Shown piece after piece: positions 24,300 to 36,700 of a stretch of DNA of 64,000 nucleotides. Positions within the stretch are counted from its first letter, which is position 1. Each line of letters opens with the position of its first letter. The stretch lies in the NCBI GenBank assembly GCA_965235115.1, contig OZ249436.1:11658001-11722000 (forward strand), in the 5' to 3' direction. Position numbers and translations under genes: made by a program. The notes beneath the pieces are model-generated. The model ran no database searches. It was not told where the DNA came from and saw only the letters and a program-made list of their open reading frames with translations. Origin of the DNA: Laetmonice hystrix (taxonomy: Eukaryota).

Positions 24300-25764
24300 A
24301 GTCGAACCAATCAGTAGTCTAAGCCTATTTAGAAGGATGTACATGGTTCAAGATGGAGGAAGATGGAGACCCGTAGCCTTACACAGGATTTGTAGTGTAG
24401 AAATGGCTACTTCCTCTAAATATTTGACAGTCAAACGACAACCGTAAATATAGATTGCCAGGACAGGGTGTTAAGGTAGTAGGCCCTATCTCTCACGCGG
24501 AATTGACCAGATCTTCGATTGATTCTTACTTCCTCAACCATAGGGGCCTACTTGCCTATGCCACTGAGTTCATATCATATGGATTCTGTGAATACAAAGG
24601 CCTAAACAGAAGTAGGACTAAGTAGGACAATTATAGCTGAGATGGAGTAAAACACGCTGAAGGCCGCCAGAGCTACATTTTTAATGTGCTCGTATGTCGA
24701 CGGTTCATCCCGCCAATCTTCACTCACCCTCTTCTCGCCCTCTGGTGGCCTCCGTCGATACTAGAGTAGGTCGACGCCGGACTGCCAATTAAATTTGATT
24801 TAATTTGCTTCTCCCTGCCGGGAATCAACATTGCGAAATCATTATTATAATATACTAAGATACTTGCTTTTAACACTATTTTAGCCCCTCTATTAAGCTC
24901 AAATATTTCATCATAATAGATAGGCCTAGATCTACAAACTTGTCATGAAACGAACACAGTGCCGCCACCTAGCGAGGGACAAGAAGACTTCCATTAATAC
25001 CAGCTGCTTTCGATGGCGCTGTAGATCCTTCTCAACGTCAAACGTACCACCCCACCAAATATTTGGGCAGGGGTTCGGGTTAAGGTCAGGGATAGGATAG
25101 GGATGTGTTTTGGGAGGTGTAAGGACCGGGGTAAGGGGTTAGGAACACGGTCAAGGCTAGGGATCTTTACGTTCGACCAAATCACGGGCGAGGAGAGCAG
25201 CGCATTCGTTCGGCAGTATTAACTATATTAGGCCTACTTTCCTCCAGGTGTCGCCACCGTTGAAGTCCAGATACGCGCCCTGTCGTGACAAGATAGGTAG
25301 GCCTATACACATATATAGGCCTACATGTATTCCAATTAGGCCCCTAACCGCGGGGGGGGGGGGGGGAGGAAGAACCATGTGCAGTGTGAATCTGTATGGA
25401 AGCTAACGGTAAGTAGGCCTAGACTCTATAGCTAATATAGAGTCTAGGCCCTAGGCCTATTTCATAAAATTTTAATAGGGCCTAATAATAATTCATTACC
25501 TAACCTGTATATCAATGTGTTATGTCTAGTATATGCCTATATTAAGGTGATGGAATGAGTGATGGAATGAGTAGGGGAAGTGCCAACTGAAAACACATTA
25601 ATCTAAGTTTTTCATAAGGAAAATTACCTTGGTCGTATAGTAGGCCCTATAGGGCCTATAGGCACTTCAGGTATAGATCTGTGGTCAGCTTATTTAACAT
25701 GAGTGAAGTCAAGATAAGAATTCAGGTTACTTCGGTCTTAAAACTACAAGAATAAATACATGCC

Positions 25765-25811
<47 letters not shown>
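25765..25811. repeat. (TTTA)n microsatellite
   Basis: Seen directly. Confidence 0.95.
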
Positions 25812-26281
25812 CTTACCAGTATCAACTTTGACTTAGAGTATGTAAATACAGAACCTATTTTTGTTTTGTTAGGCCTATATTTCCTGAAATAACAGGCGAA
25901 TAGATGTCCTCGGTGCCCGTATGTATATCATGGGGGATCGTATGTCAGACGATATAATTCTTGTAGTAGCATCGTTTTGACATCATGTAGCTTTCCATTA
26001 CAATTTGCCATAGCTCTAAAAGAAAACAGCCCAACGCACAGCCCGCCATGCCATGGACGATGTCTTCCCTAAGTTATAGAAGCCTGTACTGATTCCGGTA
26101 GGCCTATGTAAATATAACTGATATGAGCCCTTACAACGGATCGAGTTGTGTTCTGAAACATTGCTCAAACTTAAAACAATGAAGGGGCATCTCAAAGTAA
26201 TTTCCGACTCAAAGATCATTCCAGAATCTGAAGATACCCGTCACGTGTTGACATTCCGTGGACGTTTTGTGCTGCCACCTG

Positions 26282-26465
26282 CCGGCTGATCCTTATAACA
26301 GTGCTGCCCTCAGTCGGTCAGGAGGCACCGGCTGATCCTTATAACAGTGCTGCCCTCAGTCGGCCAGGAGGCACCGGTTGCTCCTTATAACAGTGCTGCC
26401 CTCAGTCGGCCAGGAGGCACCGGTTGCTCCTTATAACAGTGCTGCCCTCAGTCGGACATCAGGCA
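26282..26465. repeat. 46-bp tandem repeat x4 overlapping the CYSTM stop codon
   Basis: Units start at 26282, 26328, 26374 and 26420. Confidence 0.95.
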
Positions 26466-27615
26466 GCAGCATAACATGGCCGTACAGCAGGCCATCAGAC
26501 AGCAGTCGTCAGCAGCCTGAGCGTTCCTTGCTCGGGCTTCAGCTTGTGGGTCACGTACGATTCTGCAAACCATGATTTCATCAGGACTGTAGTAAACTCG
26601 GAGCCGTTTCTCTCGTTTCCTTCACTAGGTTTTTATTTGTTCCTCTCCATGATATATAGGCTATAATCATAGGCGTGGGAGCCATATATTTTCATAGTGG
26701 GGCGGGGGGGGGGGTGTTCATGCTACCACTGACCCCCCTCCCCCTTCCCAGGACCATGCATGTCACTGCAGTGCCTTTATCAAAATGCATCAACAGGTAA
26801 ATTTGGTCTCGTTACTGCTGCCACTGAATAGGACATCATGAGATAGTGATGCTTGGAATCCCTGGAATCTATAGGCCTAAGAACTACACAAACAAGACAA
26901 TCTCTTAGCATCCAGAGGCCTCTGTGGCCCAAAGCTAAGTGTGACTTTCCGTTTCCTGATTTTTGGTCTCTGGCAGTGGCATCCCTGTTAATAGAATATA
27001 ACTGGCAAATAATAGGGGGGGGACTATACTATTGCCCCCCCCCACCCCACACCCCCCACACCCCACACCCCACCCCCACGCTCCCAGGTTCCCATGCCTA
27101 TGATAATTATTGTACCTTGTCTCTGAGCCCCGATAAAGAGCCTGGGTCTCTTATTGAGATTCTTCTAGTTTGTAATTCTAGGTGGTCTTGTGCCAAGATC
27201 TTGCCATTCTTGGTTTAGTTACCATGTGAATCTTTAAATTAGTTTGGCTCCAGTTCGAGTTGTATTTTGATCCGTATTATCCTAAAAAGAGAGTATAGTT
27301 TGGGAGTCGTACGTACATGACCTGCTGGCTGGGCTCCGGGGCCGTCTGTAGGTGGTGGTGGTGATGGATTTCCTGGTTGGATGGCGGTTGCTGATACTGG
27401 GATGGGTACCCCTGACCATATTGAGGCGTGTACCCCTGACCATATTGAGGGTTGTAGCCCTGAGCGTATTGAGGAGTGTAGCCCTGGGGATTGTAACCCT
27501 GGGCATACTGAGGGCTTGCCGTGTAACCCTTACCATACCCAGGGTTAGACACAGGGTAGCCAGGCGTGGGGACATTACCAGCCGGCGGGACATAAGGGGG
27601 CGGACGGTCCGTCAT
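26448..27615 (-). CDS. CYSTM1: CYSTM1-like cysteine-rich transmembrane module protein; exons 27615-27317 and 26562-26448, 137 aa
   Basis: N-terminus is P/G/Y/Q-rich with a PPPY motif. Donor AT/gtacgt and acceptor tttgcag give ...QQVIIVRDPQAEARARNAQAADDCCLMACCTAMLCCCLMSD*, the typical CYSTM Cys-rich tail. An acceptor ttttcag lies 18 nt before the ATG. Confidence 0.88.
26668..27102. mobile_element. MITE in the CYSTM intron, 5-bp TSD ATAAT
   Basis: TIR CATAGGC(G/A)TGGGA(G/A)CC, with ATAAT on both flanks. Confidence 0.82.
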
Positions 27616-27689
27616 TGCTATCTACCCCTATTCCTGAAAAGTTAGAGAAAAATAGAAATTCAAGTATCCTTGGACAGTAGGCTTATACA

Positions 27690-27889
27690 TACCTTAATCC
27701 CCGACCTTTCCTATTCCCTAGCGCATAAAATTTCAAATTTTAAACAGTTCAGCATGTCCTATTCAAAATGTGACAGATACATGGCCTGGTTTTGATAGGA
27801 CTGTTCTGTTATTGGTTGTTACCCCCGACCAATGGAGTACCTTTTCGGACTTAGACCATTTTCGGCCACTTCGGGAATAGGACAGGTAA
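27690..27889. mobile_element. Dispersed MITE-like repeat (second copy at about 61613-61707)
   Basis: Shared CCCGACCAATG...TTTTCGGCCACT(T/A)CGGGAATAGGACAGGTAA; inverted CCTATTCCC / GGGAATAGG. Confidence 0.65.
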
Positions 27890-28429
27890 TATAAGGCCTA
27901 CAAACCTAACAGCGTTTTGTGTGGAAAATTGACCCTCTTTATCGGCAGAAAAAAAGTAATTAATGAAACATACATTAAGATTTTGCAGTAAATTCTTAAA
28001 ACTGATCGGAAATCACAAATATATAAAAGAGGTGGGGGTGAGGGCGCTCGGTATACATGTGGAATTTGTGGATCTAACACTTTGACAACAGTAGGCCCAC
28101 TAATTAACACATTTGTTAAGTCTGATTCATTTGTGCCTTACGGTGAGTGGGCAACGCTTGGAATGTCAGACCTAGGCTACGCAGTCACTAGGCCTACTGT
28201 TAATATGCTTATCTAACACTTTCCAGCGCTTGACGCACTCCCTGGACTGTGGCCGAACCGACCCAGACCGAAAATGCTTGTATACAGTGTGGACGACAAC
28301 CAGAATAAATGAACAAAATGGCCTCCACAGAAACAGACAAAGGGCATGGCCAGGAGATAAACGGAGATAAGACCGAAGACTGCCAACTTCTACTGGCCAA
28401 GTTCGGTCACAGTGAGAATGAAAACATAC

Positions 28430-28550
28430 CTCTGGCGTAGGCCTATATGTCTGAGTAAATTATCGAGGTTGGTGAATTATGGTCGTCCACTGCCAACGCT
28501 ACTAGTTTCTTACAGGATGTGAACTCGAGTCCAGAGTACACTGACTGACC
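28430..28550 (-). other. Candidate non-coding first exon of the CYSTM gene
   Basis: Minus-strand donor GAG/gtatgt at 28429-28424. The coding exon has an upstream acceptor (27634-27636), so a 5' exon is required. The 5' boundary is a guess. Confidence 0.4.
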
Positions 28551-30597
28551 CCGCTATCAGATGATCAGATCAGCCAGCCGGGTTTGAAGGCGGGGGGGGG
28601 GGGGGGGGGGGGCGAAGGAAGGACTATTCATTACCCCAATTACTAAGCTACGGCTTGATGACGTTCTGCTTGGGTCATGAACCCTACAAGCCACCGTTAT
28701 CCTTGTTTTATATTGGGCTCAGGCCAGGCCTATACCAGTGGTCGATCGAGGTGGGGGTGGGAGGGGGGGGGGGGTAGCCTATCAGTTTTCTAAAACAACC
28801 GACATCAGCGTGTGATCTTGTGGGTAAGTGCGTTAGCTTGATGAATTGGTGAGTCAAAACGGGAACATAGGGATAGGCTAAGTTTCCAAAATACTAGTGT
28901 CCGCCTGCTACTTCTGCTTTCATTGCAAAGTAGGATGCTATTTATAGCCATAAAGGGAATACTATTTCGGCATGATTTCGTGTTGCGATAATGCTCAGCA
29001 TTCAGGTCTGACACGAGTTTTTCTGATTTGTGAATAAAAAATAAACCTATATTTCAATTTAATCATGACCTTGAAATGGGATAACAGCGAAAGTCGAATA
29101 AAAAATTAAACGTTCACAATTCCTTGCATGCACACTATTCAAACGTGACGCTTGTTCTGTACATGATCCAGAGCAATCGGACACTCATGTAGAACAGAAT
29201 TCCTCGGATAATTTACAATATTTGGCAGATTTTACGAAGTTTTATGAAGTAAAAAACGACCATGGTATTGACATTCATATACCATTCCTACGGTTGGATA
29301 GAAATGAAACCGAAGTCTTATAATTTGATTTACTTCACTTGACAGCTACTAACCGCATGAATCGGTACTGGCCTCTTCTTGTAATTAATGGCGCTAATTA
29401 ATGACTCTAATTAATGGACACACCCGGTGAAGGCCACTGGCTGTGTTGATGACGTGACTGTAGTCTGCAGGTTTTGCCGGATCCTGTCGGGTCCTTGGGC
29501 ATACATTAGCGGACCATGTTCCGCATCCTGTCACTGAGTGCCGTGTCATGTTATCGGTGTTTTCCTCTCAGGTAAAAGGAATCATGCAAGGCTGTCGCCT
29601 TATCAACATGGGCACAACTCATTTCTTTGCATGCATGACAATGGTTACGTCGATTTTCTATATGGCAATGATTATGTTAACGAGAGAGGTAAAATAGATC
29701 AGTACACGAATACCTCCACTCCGAAAAAAACCTGCTGAAAAAGTCGGACCAAGTAAACAGTGTGTGGTGCATGAAGGCCTGAGTTGGGATGACTAGATTT
29801 TCTCTCCTTTTTTGTTAATTCCTAGCGACTTCTCATCATTATCTATGTTCTAACAAATATGGCCCATGTAAGCTGTCAACGTTTGTTACCTTTCAAATCG
29901 ATCAACACATTATGTGTGTCAGTTCTTAGTTTCTCCAACTAAAGAGCAGTCATACTGTGATTGGTTTAGCCCGATGACGCTAAATTAGCAGACGCTATGG
30001 CGGTATCCACCAGCTGAGCAGGCTCCGACACTAAAGTGCTTATATCTTAAACTATTTGAACAGCAATTGTGTTCAAATCTTTTTTAACTCGCTTAGAATT
30101 TCACGGCCTGTGTGCCTAGCCTGTACAATCTGGCGAAATACTTTTCTTTTAATGCACAAGATAAGTCAGAATCGATTTACATCTCAAACTTCAAGGAAAA
30201 TGGCGAAGGAATTGGAGGTTGTTCACGATTCACTGATACCCTCCGGACATGGGCATCCGTAGGGGGAAGGGCGGTTACCCCCTGCAGATTCCTAATGATT
30301 TTGCCACCCCGGCCCGCGTTCCTGTTGTAGCCTGACGTATGACGTCATAATGACATCATCAATATTTTCTAAGGCTTATAACCCGTACACGGTGCAAGGT
30401 GGAGCCATGGCTACTATTGAACAAGAATATGAAGCCATACATTTTCTTTCAATTGACGCCAAGTGTTATGACGTAGCATCATGTCATAATGTCACAATGA
30501 CGCTTTATGCTGTCAGATAGGAGAAAAACTAATCCGTGCTCCACGAAGTGTGCCTTTAATAAGTGCACTCTCGTATCTCATAATAACTCAAACTGAG

Positions 30598-30684
30598 TCT
30601 GCTGCTTTTGCTGCCCTGATGTTTCGGTTGCTGGTGCTGGTGCTGCTGGTGCTGCTGCTACTGCTGGTGCTGCTGCTGTTGCAG
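30598..30684. repeat. Imperfect (CTG)n tract
   Basis: Seen directly; it ends at the acceptor of NWD exon 1. Confidence 0.85.
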
Positions 30685-30711
30685 CTTCTCGGCCGATACA
30701 AAGTCAGCGTG

Positions 30712-30776
30712 ATGATGGACCAGAGGTCGTGGGATGTTGATGAAGCACGCGACATTTATGGCCTCAACCTCTACAG
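30712..30776 (+). CDS. NWD exon 1 ([21 protein letters not shown])
   Basis: Acceptor ttgcag at 30684, donor AG/gtatat, phase 2, joining in frame to 33474. Confidence 0.55.
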
Positions 30777-33700
30777 GTATATTGTATACGGGCATTGGGC
30801 CGGGTCAAAGCCCAGGACCCAATTGATTTTTGGTGAAAACCGCAGCGCACTCGGTCATAAACGCCGGCCCCAGTAACGCATCGGCCACAAAGAGATGACC
30901 GTGGTGGAGATGGCCATGTCTTCCATACCTGTCATCAACAAGTGGTGCTCTGGCTAGTGGTAGATACAGCACATCTATAACAGCACTGGATTACTACTCT
31001 TGGCTGGTGCCTGGTGAATGTCTGCCGCTGCAGTATACGTGAGTAGACCTACTGTTTGCGTACCGTCTCTGGACGATCTTTACTAAAACTGGCTGCGCTA
31101 TCGCGAAGGGCAATTCCTGAGTTTGCAAAGTATGTAGATCTAAACATCAGAGAATTAATTGTGCATGACTTTGTTATATGTTCGATCACTGCTAGCCTGG
31201 GGTGCGGGGGGGGGGGGGGGGGCTTGGTCATCTCTGGGTGTTGTTTTTGGCGGCCGACCCGACCGTCTCTTTTGAGCTGCACAATCCGTTTCCTGGAACC
31301 TCCTCTATACTCTTGAACCGGCCCATCTCGAGACATTCAACTGCCTCGGCTCTTGGGCTTCATGCCAAAAATAGGCTTTGGGCTCAGATAACCTGACCTT
31401 CATCTATGGCGAGATCAGGGTACTGCACGCCGGGGTGGACGTACCTTCTGGGCCACAGAAGGAAAGCCTATACTTTACACGTAAATATCGCCAACCTGTC
31501 CTTCACAGCCGCCATGCTGATGGCAGATGCTTCGGCAAAACAATGGTAATCTGCAGGCGCGGATCGGGGGGGGGGGGCTTTTTTTAAAGAAGTGACAAAA
31601 ATAATGATTTCTGAAAGTTCACCATTGCTGTAATTATGTGAAGTGCTGGGATGCCGGATGCCGGGAGATAGAGGGGGGGGGGGGGGGGGGGGGGGGAGGT
31701 TAGCGCATGTTCGCCTCGGGCCTCCTTCCCTGCAGTGCTGGATCTGTGTGCGCAAACATCATGCTTGGTGACATACGTACATTGAACAAAAAAATCGTAT
31801 CATTGTACGGAAGACTAAATCAAACGATCATAATCACTTGAATTCCTCTATTACTTGAACGTCCGTCGAGGCTATTTCTGTCCTGCCTCCATTTGTTATA
31901 ATATGATACCAGGATGACATCGAGATATCGGTCATCACCCCAGGTGACATAATCGATTAGGATAAACCGTGCCAATAGAAAGATACATTTACCATTGTCG
32001 CAGCAACGAGACTTAACTAATTAGGCCTAAGTTAATTAGATTGGGAGTAAAATCTAAATGTTAATAGGCCTATAGTTGAACTCTAATATGCAATCAAATT
32101 TTACAAACGTCAGATCAGACTGGGCCTATAAAGTACCAGAGAGATTTTGAAAATCGTTGCATCGTTTAGAAAGAAAAAACAATCTCTAACTATAGTTTGG
32201 ATGGTGAATCATACTTCGGAGGAATGTATGTATGAGTTGACCTCTGATTGTGGCACTGATTGCCGACAAGTATTAAACTGGTGTGCCCATTAATCTTACC
32301 AGGGAGAAACCTGGAAGTAGGCCTTCAGCTTGGTAAACAACCTGCCTGTTGTTGACCAGGATACCATACTACAAACTTGGCATGGTAACACAAAAACAAT
32401 ATCCCACACTGGTCATAGTAATCACGACACCTCCTCTGTCCATGGACTATAGGCCTGGATCCACTGTGTCGTGGATGTTGATCATTTTAACCTGCATCCC
32501 ACACAAGTATATACTTTAGTATGCAAACGTTAATATATTTGTGACTCTCTATAGATATGGCGTTATATAGGCGTTATATTGAATAAAAAATACAATTACT
32601 GAATATTGTAACGTAGGCCTACCTACATAACGCCATTCTAACGTATGCCTATATAACGAAACTGTAACGTAGACCTATATAACACCATGTTTAGGGCCGT
32701 GTATAGTTGCTGCAGGTCTACATAATATAATTATGCTGGCGGAGCATAAGTAGGAGACTTTTGGATGGCACAAAGTTAGCGATAACCGGTAGAACTATAC
32801 TGGATAACTGGACTATAATATGTTGGAGCGGTAGGCTGTACATTTAAATGGGCTTTGTTTAGTCAAAGTTCTCAAGGGAACGCACATCTTCAGCCACGCG
32901 ATTCCCCTCTAGCTCTCAAAAAGGAGGTGTCATTTTAATCACTCTGCCACTTCTTTGGTTATTTAACCGTTTGAAATTATCAGGGTTTCTGGTAAACTAT
33001 GGCGAAACACAATATTAGCACATGTACCACCTATATGCAGGCCTACGGTCGATAGGACCTAGGCAATAACTTCAGCTTCTTCGATAATTTGTTTGCGTAA
33101 TATTACAGGATAGGAATGATGAATGAGGTACTGAAATCATGACGTCAGAGAAGTTTATCACATCGACGGAGAGAAAGGGAGAACTATACATGAACTGGGT
33201 GCTACCGGTAAGCATGGCACGCCTCACTTCCGGTCAGCGGGCTGCAGTGACCGAGTAAGGATCTGCGGATACTCGAGCTTGTCAAACTGACGGTCCTTCA
33301 TCACTGCAGGTGAGATGGCCGCAGTAACGTCGGCGTAAGAACGTAAGAAAAAGGGAGGGGGCACATCAATCGCGTGGGTCTCCATCAATGCACGAAATGG
33401 GGTCATTTTTAGTCTATCTTTTCTTTGGTATATCTATGACTAGGCCTATTATTTCTATGATTCCTAATTTCAGGATGTCCTGTCCCAGTGAAAATACCTC
33501 GGGCGAGCAGAATGGGTCCTTGTTTAGCAAGCTGGATGTCATGATCACGGGCAACATCGAAAACGTGCCAACCATTCCAACATACACTCTGAAACTCTTC
33601 ATATGCTCCAACACATCAGGTAATTCCATCAAGACATAACAAGTTTGAAAACTACATTCGCCTTCATAGCTGGATTTGTAGCCCGGGAAACAATTGTCCT

Positions 33701-36700
33701 AACAAGAAGAACCGACTGAAAGTCTCCATATATCCAGTTTTGAATTCTAAGAAAACGCGACTCAACTTTTGCACACACCACTGCTCTCTAATAGCCACCA
33801 AAATAAAATACTCTACTTACGAAATAAATACTGTTCTTGTTTTACGCAGACTTTGAGTGGGAACGCCAAAAACTGTGGGAGGACATTTTGTCAGAGCTCC
33901 ATCAACAATTTCTGGCATATGGACTGGACCTTGTTTTAGTAGACGCTAACCAGGAATCCGGCGATGATGCTATTTATGATCGACAAACCTTTGAGGAATA
34001 CCTCAAAGAGATCAAAGATTGTCATAGGCTCTCCGTCGGCCCTTTTTTTCTGGTACGCAAGTTTATCATTCGCTTCTCCATTTGTGCGAATTAGACCGCT
34101 CTGCAGGCATTGCCTTTCCCCTTTTTCAATCGGCTTTGTCTTGCGTACGTTATGTGTATTACAATATTACCCTAACACATCTTACATTTGACCTAAACTT
34201 TACATTTGTTGTTAACTCGACTTGGCATGATGTACACCTTACAGTCGTTCCAGAAGCACTGTCATGTAAATTTCTCTGTTTGTGAAGTGTTTCCTTGGCA
34301 ACAAGTATGGACCGGCGCCCCTGCCCGGATACATTGACGAGTCAGAGTACGACAGGGTGAAGGCGGAGGCCTTCAAGGCAGGCAAAGGTAGAGTTTCTCT
34401 GAATACCCTCATTGCCAAGAGGAGTTCGAATCTGTTTTCCATAAGGCTATGGTTTGCGTCTACCCATACTGTGCCTCTGATAAATTACATGTACAAGCAC
34501 TCCACCTTATAATTTACAAGTCAGGAGAAATCTTCAGTTGGAAATTAGTGCCGTCAGCTGACGGCTATGGATGAAATAGACTGATATTGGAAACAAATTT
34601 ATGAGAGATTTTTCAATAAAAATTTCAGACGTCCGATTACTCCAAGACTGGTACATCAAGGACGAGAACGCTGTCCCTCCGGTGTATGTTCTCCAGCCCA
34701 TCTCCAGCAAGTTCTCCCATTATCACTCAAGGTTCACTTCTTTGTTATACTTATCTGGTTCTTGGACCATCCAGGGTCGAGAGAAAAACTGGTGGGAAAC
34801 GTCATGGAGAGCCGATATACAGTCCATACTTCTGGATCAAACAAACAAACATACCGGCAGTAAAACAAACAAACATACATACCAGCAGTCAAACAAACAA
34901 ACATACCAGCAGTCAAACAAACGAGCAAAACGCAGCTCAGGATAAAGCTTAAGTTCAAGCTCAACTTTAATGCTTCTGATTGACTAGGCTGCTGCTACTG
35001 AAATCAGAAGGAAAACTTTAGGTCCCAAAAAATGCAACAGTCTTTAATTGTGTGCATTATATGCGTTACTGCCAGGTATACTTTTCTTGAGTGTACATTA
35101 CAAAAAGTTTCGGATGCCTTCGAAGACGCAAATTTTAATAGAAGCTGTTATGATTTCCCGGGCTGCAGGAATTCGGAGGACGCCGAAATGCGAGAGGCTG
35201 ATCATGAGACATGGCAGAAGACGTTCGCAAGACTTCAGGACATTTTACAACACCCTACATATACCAGTCGCAGTGATCGACACCCGGCTTCCAGCAAGCG
35301 CAGTGCTTTCTTCGCCTCAGGTGATCATGTTGTACCAGCAGGCCGCACAGTTGGCTACAATTGCCTTCCCTTTAAATAGATTACATTTATGACCTTTTCA
35401 TATATCTTGTCTAATAGGTGTAGAACAACAGGTGAACGAGGCATTGGAACTTGATCCACAAGGTTGCTACTGTCTTTTCCGGAACATTGAAGGTAATCCT
35501 AGACAGTAACAAGAGAGCTATTAATAGAGCGCTTTACTTTAACGCTTTCAGACTGGTGAAGTCAGGAAATAGAAATCTGTAATCATGTTTAAACTGTTCA
35601 ACAGAAGTTATTATCGCTGACTTCAGTTGAACGATTGTAACTATTGTTTCCCGACTTGCTGATTCAGATCTAACCAGTTCTTTGTATGTCAGGTTCGAAG
35701 TTATCCCCAGATCATTGACATTGCCCCATGTAATCCCACCTTCATCTTCACCTTGCCTTTGGCGTTTTCGTAAGAACAGTTTTTCACCTACAGGAATAGA
35801 TGTTGAGCACGAGGACGCCTCAAAGTATGTCGACATTTCCAAGGGTTATAGCAGCATCAACAAGGATGCACAGGCTCGGCTGAAATCGTTGCAAGACCGG
35901 ATGAAGTCCAAACTGAACGAGAAGAACTATCAAACATTTGAGGTTCCATGGGCCTCAACAGGCTTCGACCCGATGAGGTACGAGGAGCATGCTGAGTACA
36001 TGGGAAACGTTCAAACGTCTATCATCCTGTGGCTGAGAGAGAAGATAGACAGGTACGCCGAGGATCAAACACAGAAGAGATATTTGAATGAAGAGAAGAG
36101 CAAGCTGCACGAGGAGCTTCTATCTCACTACAACCACTACAGGAGTTTGGTCGTATCACACCTCCAGGGGTTCTCCGACCTGGAGCAGAGACTCCATGAT
36201 GTGGTCAAGGCGAACCAGGAGAGGGTACACCAGATGGTCCTTCTACATGGACCTGAAGGCTGTGGTAAATCGAGCTTTCTGTCCCAGTGGATTAAAAAGA
36301 CAGGGTCCCTGTTAGCCTCAGAGACTGTCTTTCTCTTCAGATACGTGGGGCTGACACCATTCTCCAGCACCCCTGATGAACTGTTGAGGAGTATTTGTAC
36401 ACAACTCAATGTGATTTTGTCGCGGAATGTGAACACCCGGGACCTGGATGAACGCCAGCTTGTTGAACATTATTATGAGCTTGTTGATATTCTATCGGAA
36501 ACCTCAACCAATTACATATTCGTCATTGACGGACTGGATAAACTTAAAGCTGCAGTCGCAGGGACTGAGATGTATTTCTGGGAATGCATATCCAGTAGGT
36601 TACCACGGAATATTCACATGATCACAAGTTTTACAGCCACCCCGTTAAACACACATCTTCTGCATAAACTCATTAACCCTATTGCCTTTGAAAACAACAT

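Noticed and set aside
30550..30876. ORF with a poly-Leu signal/TM-like stretch
   Set aside because: The Leu run is the translated CTG repeat upstream of an acceptor; only 30685-30776 looks exonic.
35682..35793. N-terminal part of the 499-aa ORF
   Set aside because: Intronic read-through; the exon begins at 35794 after a clear acceptor.
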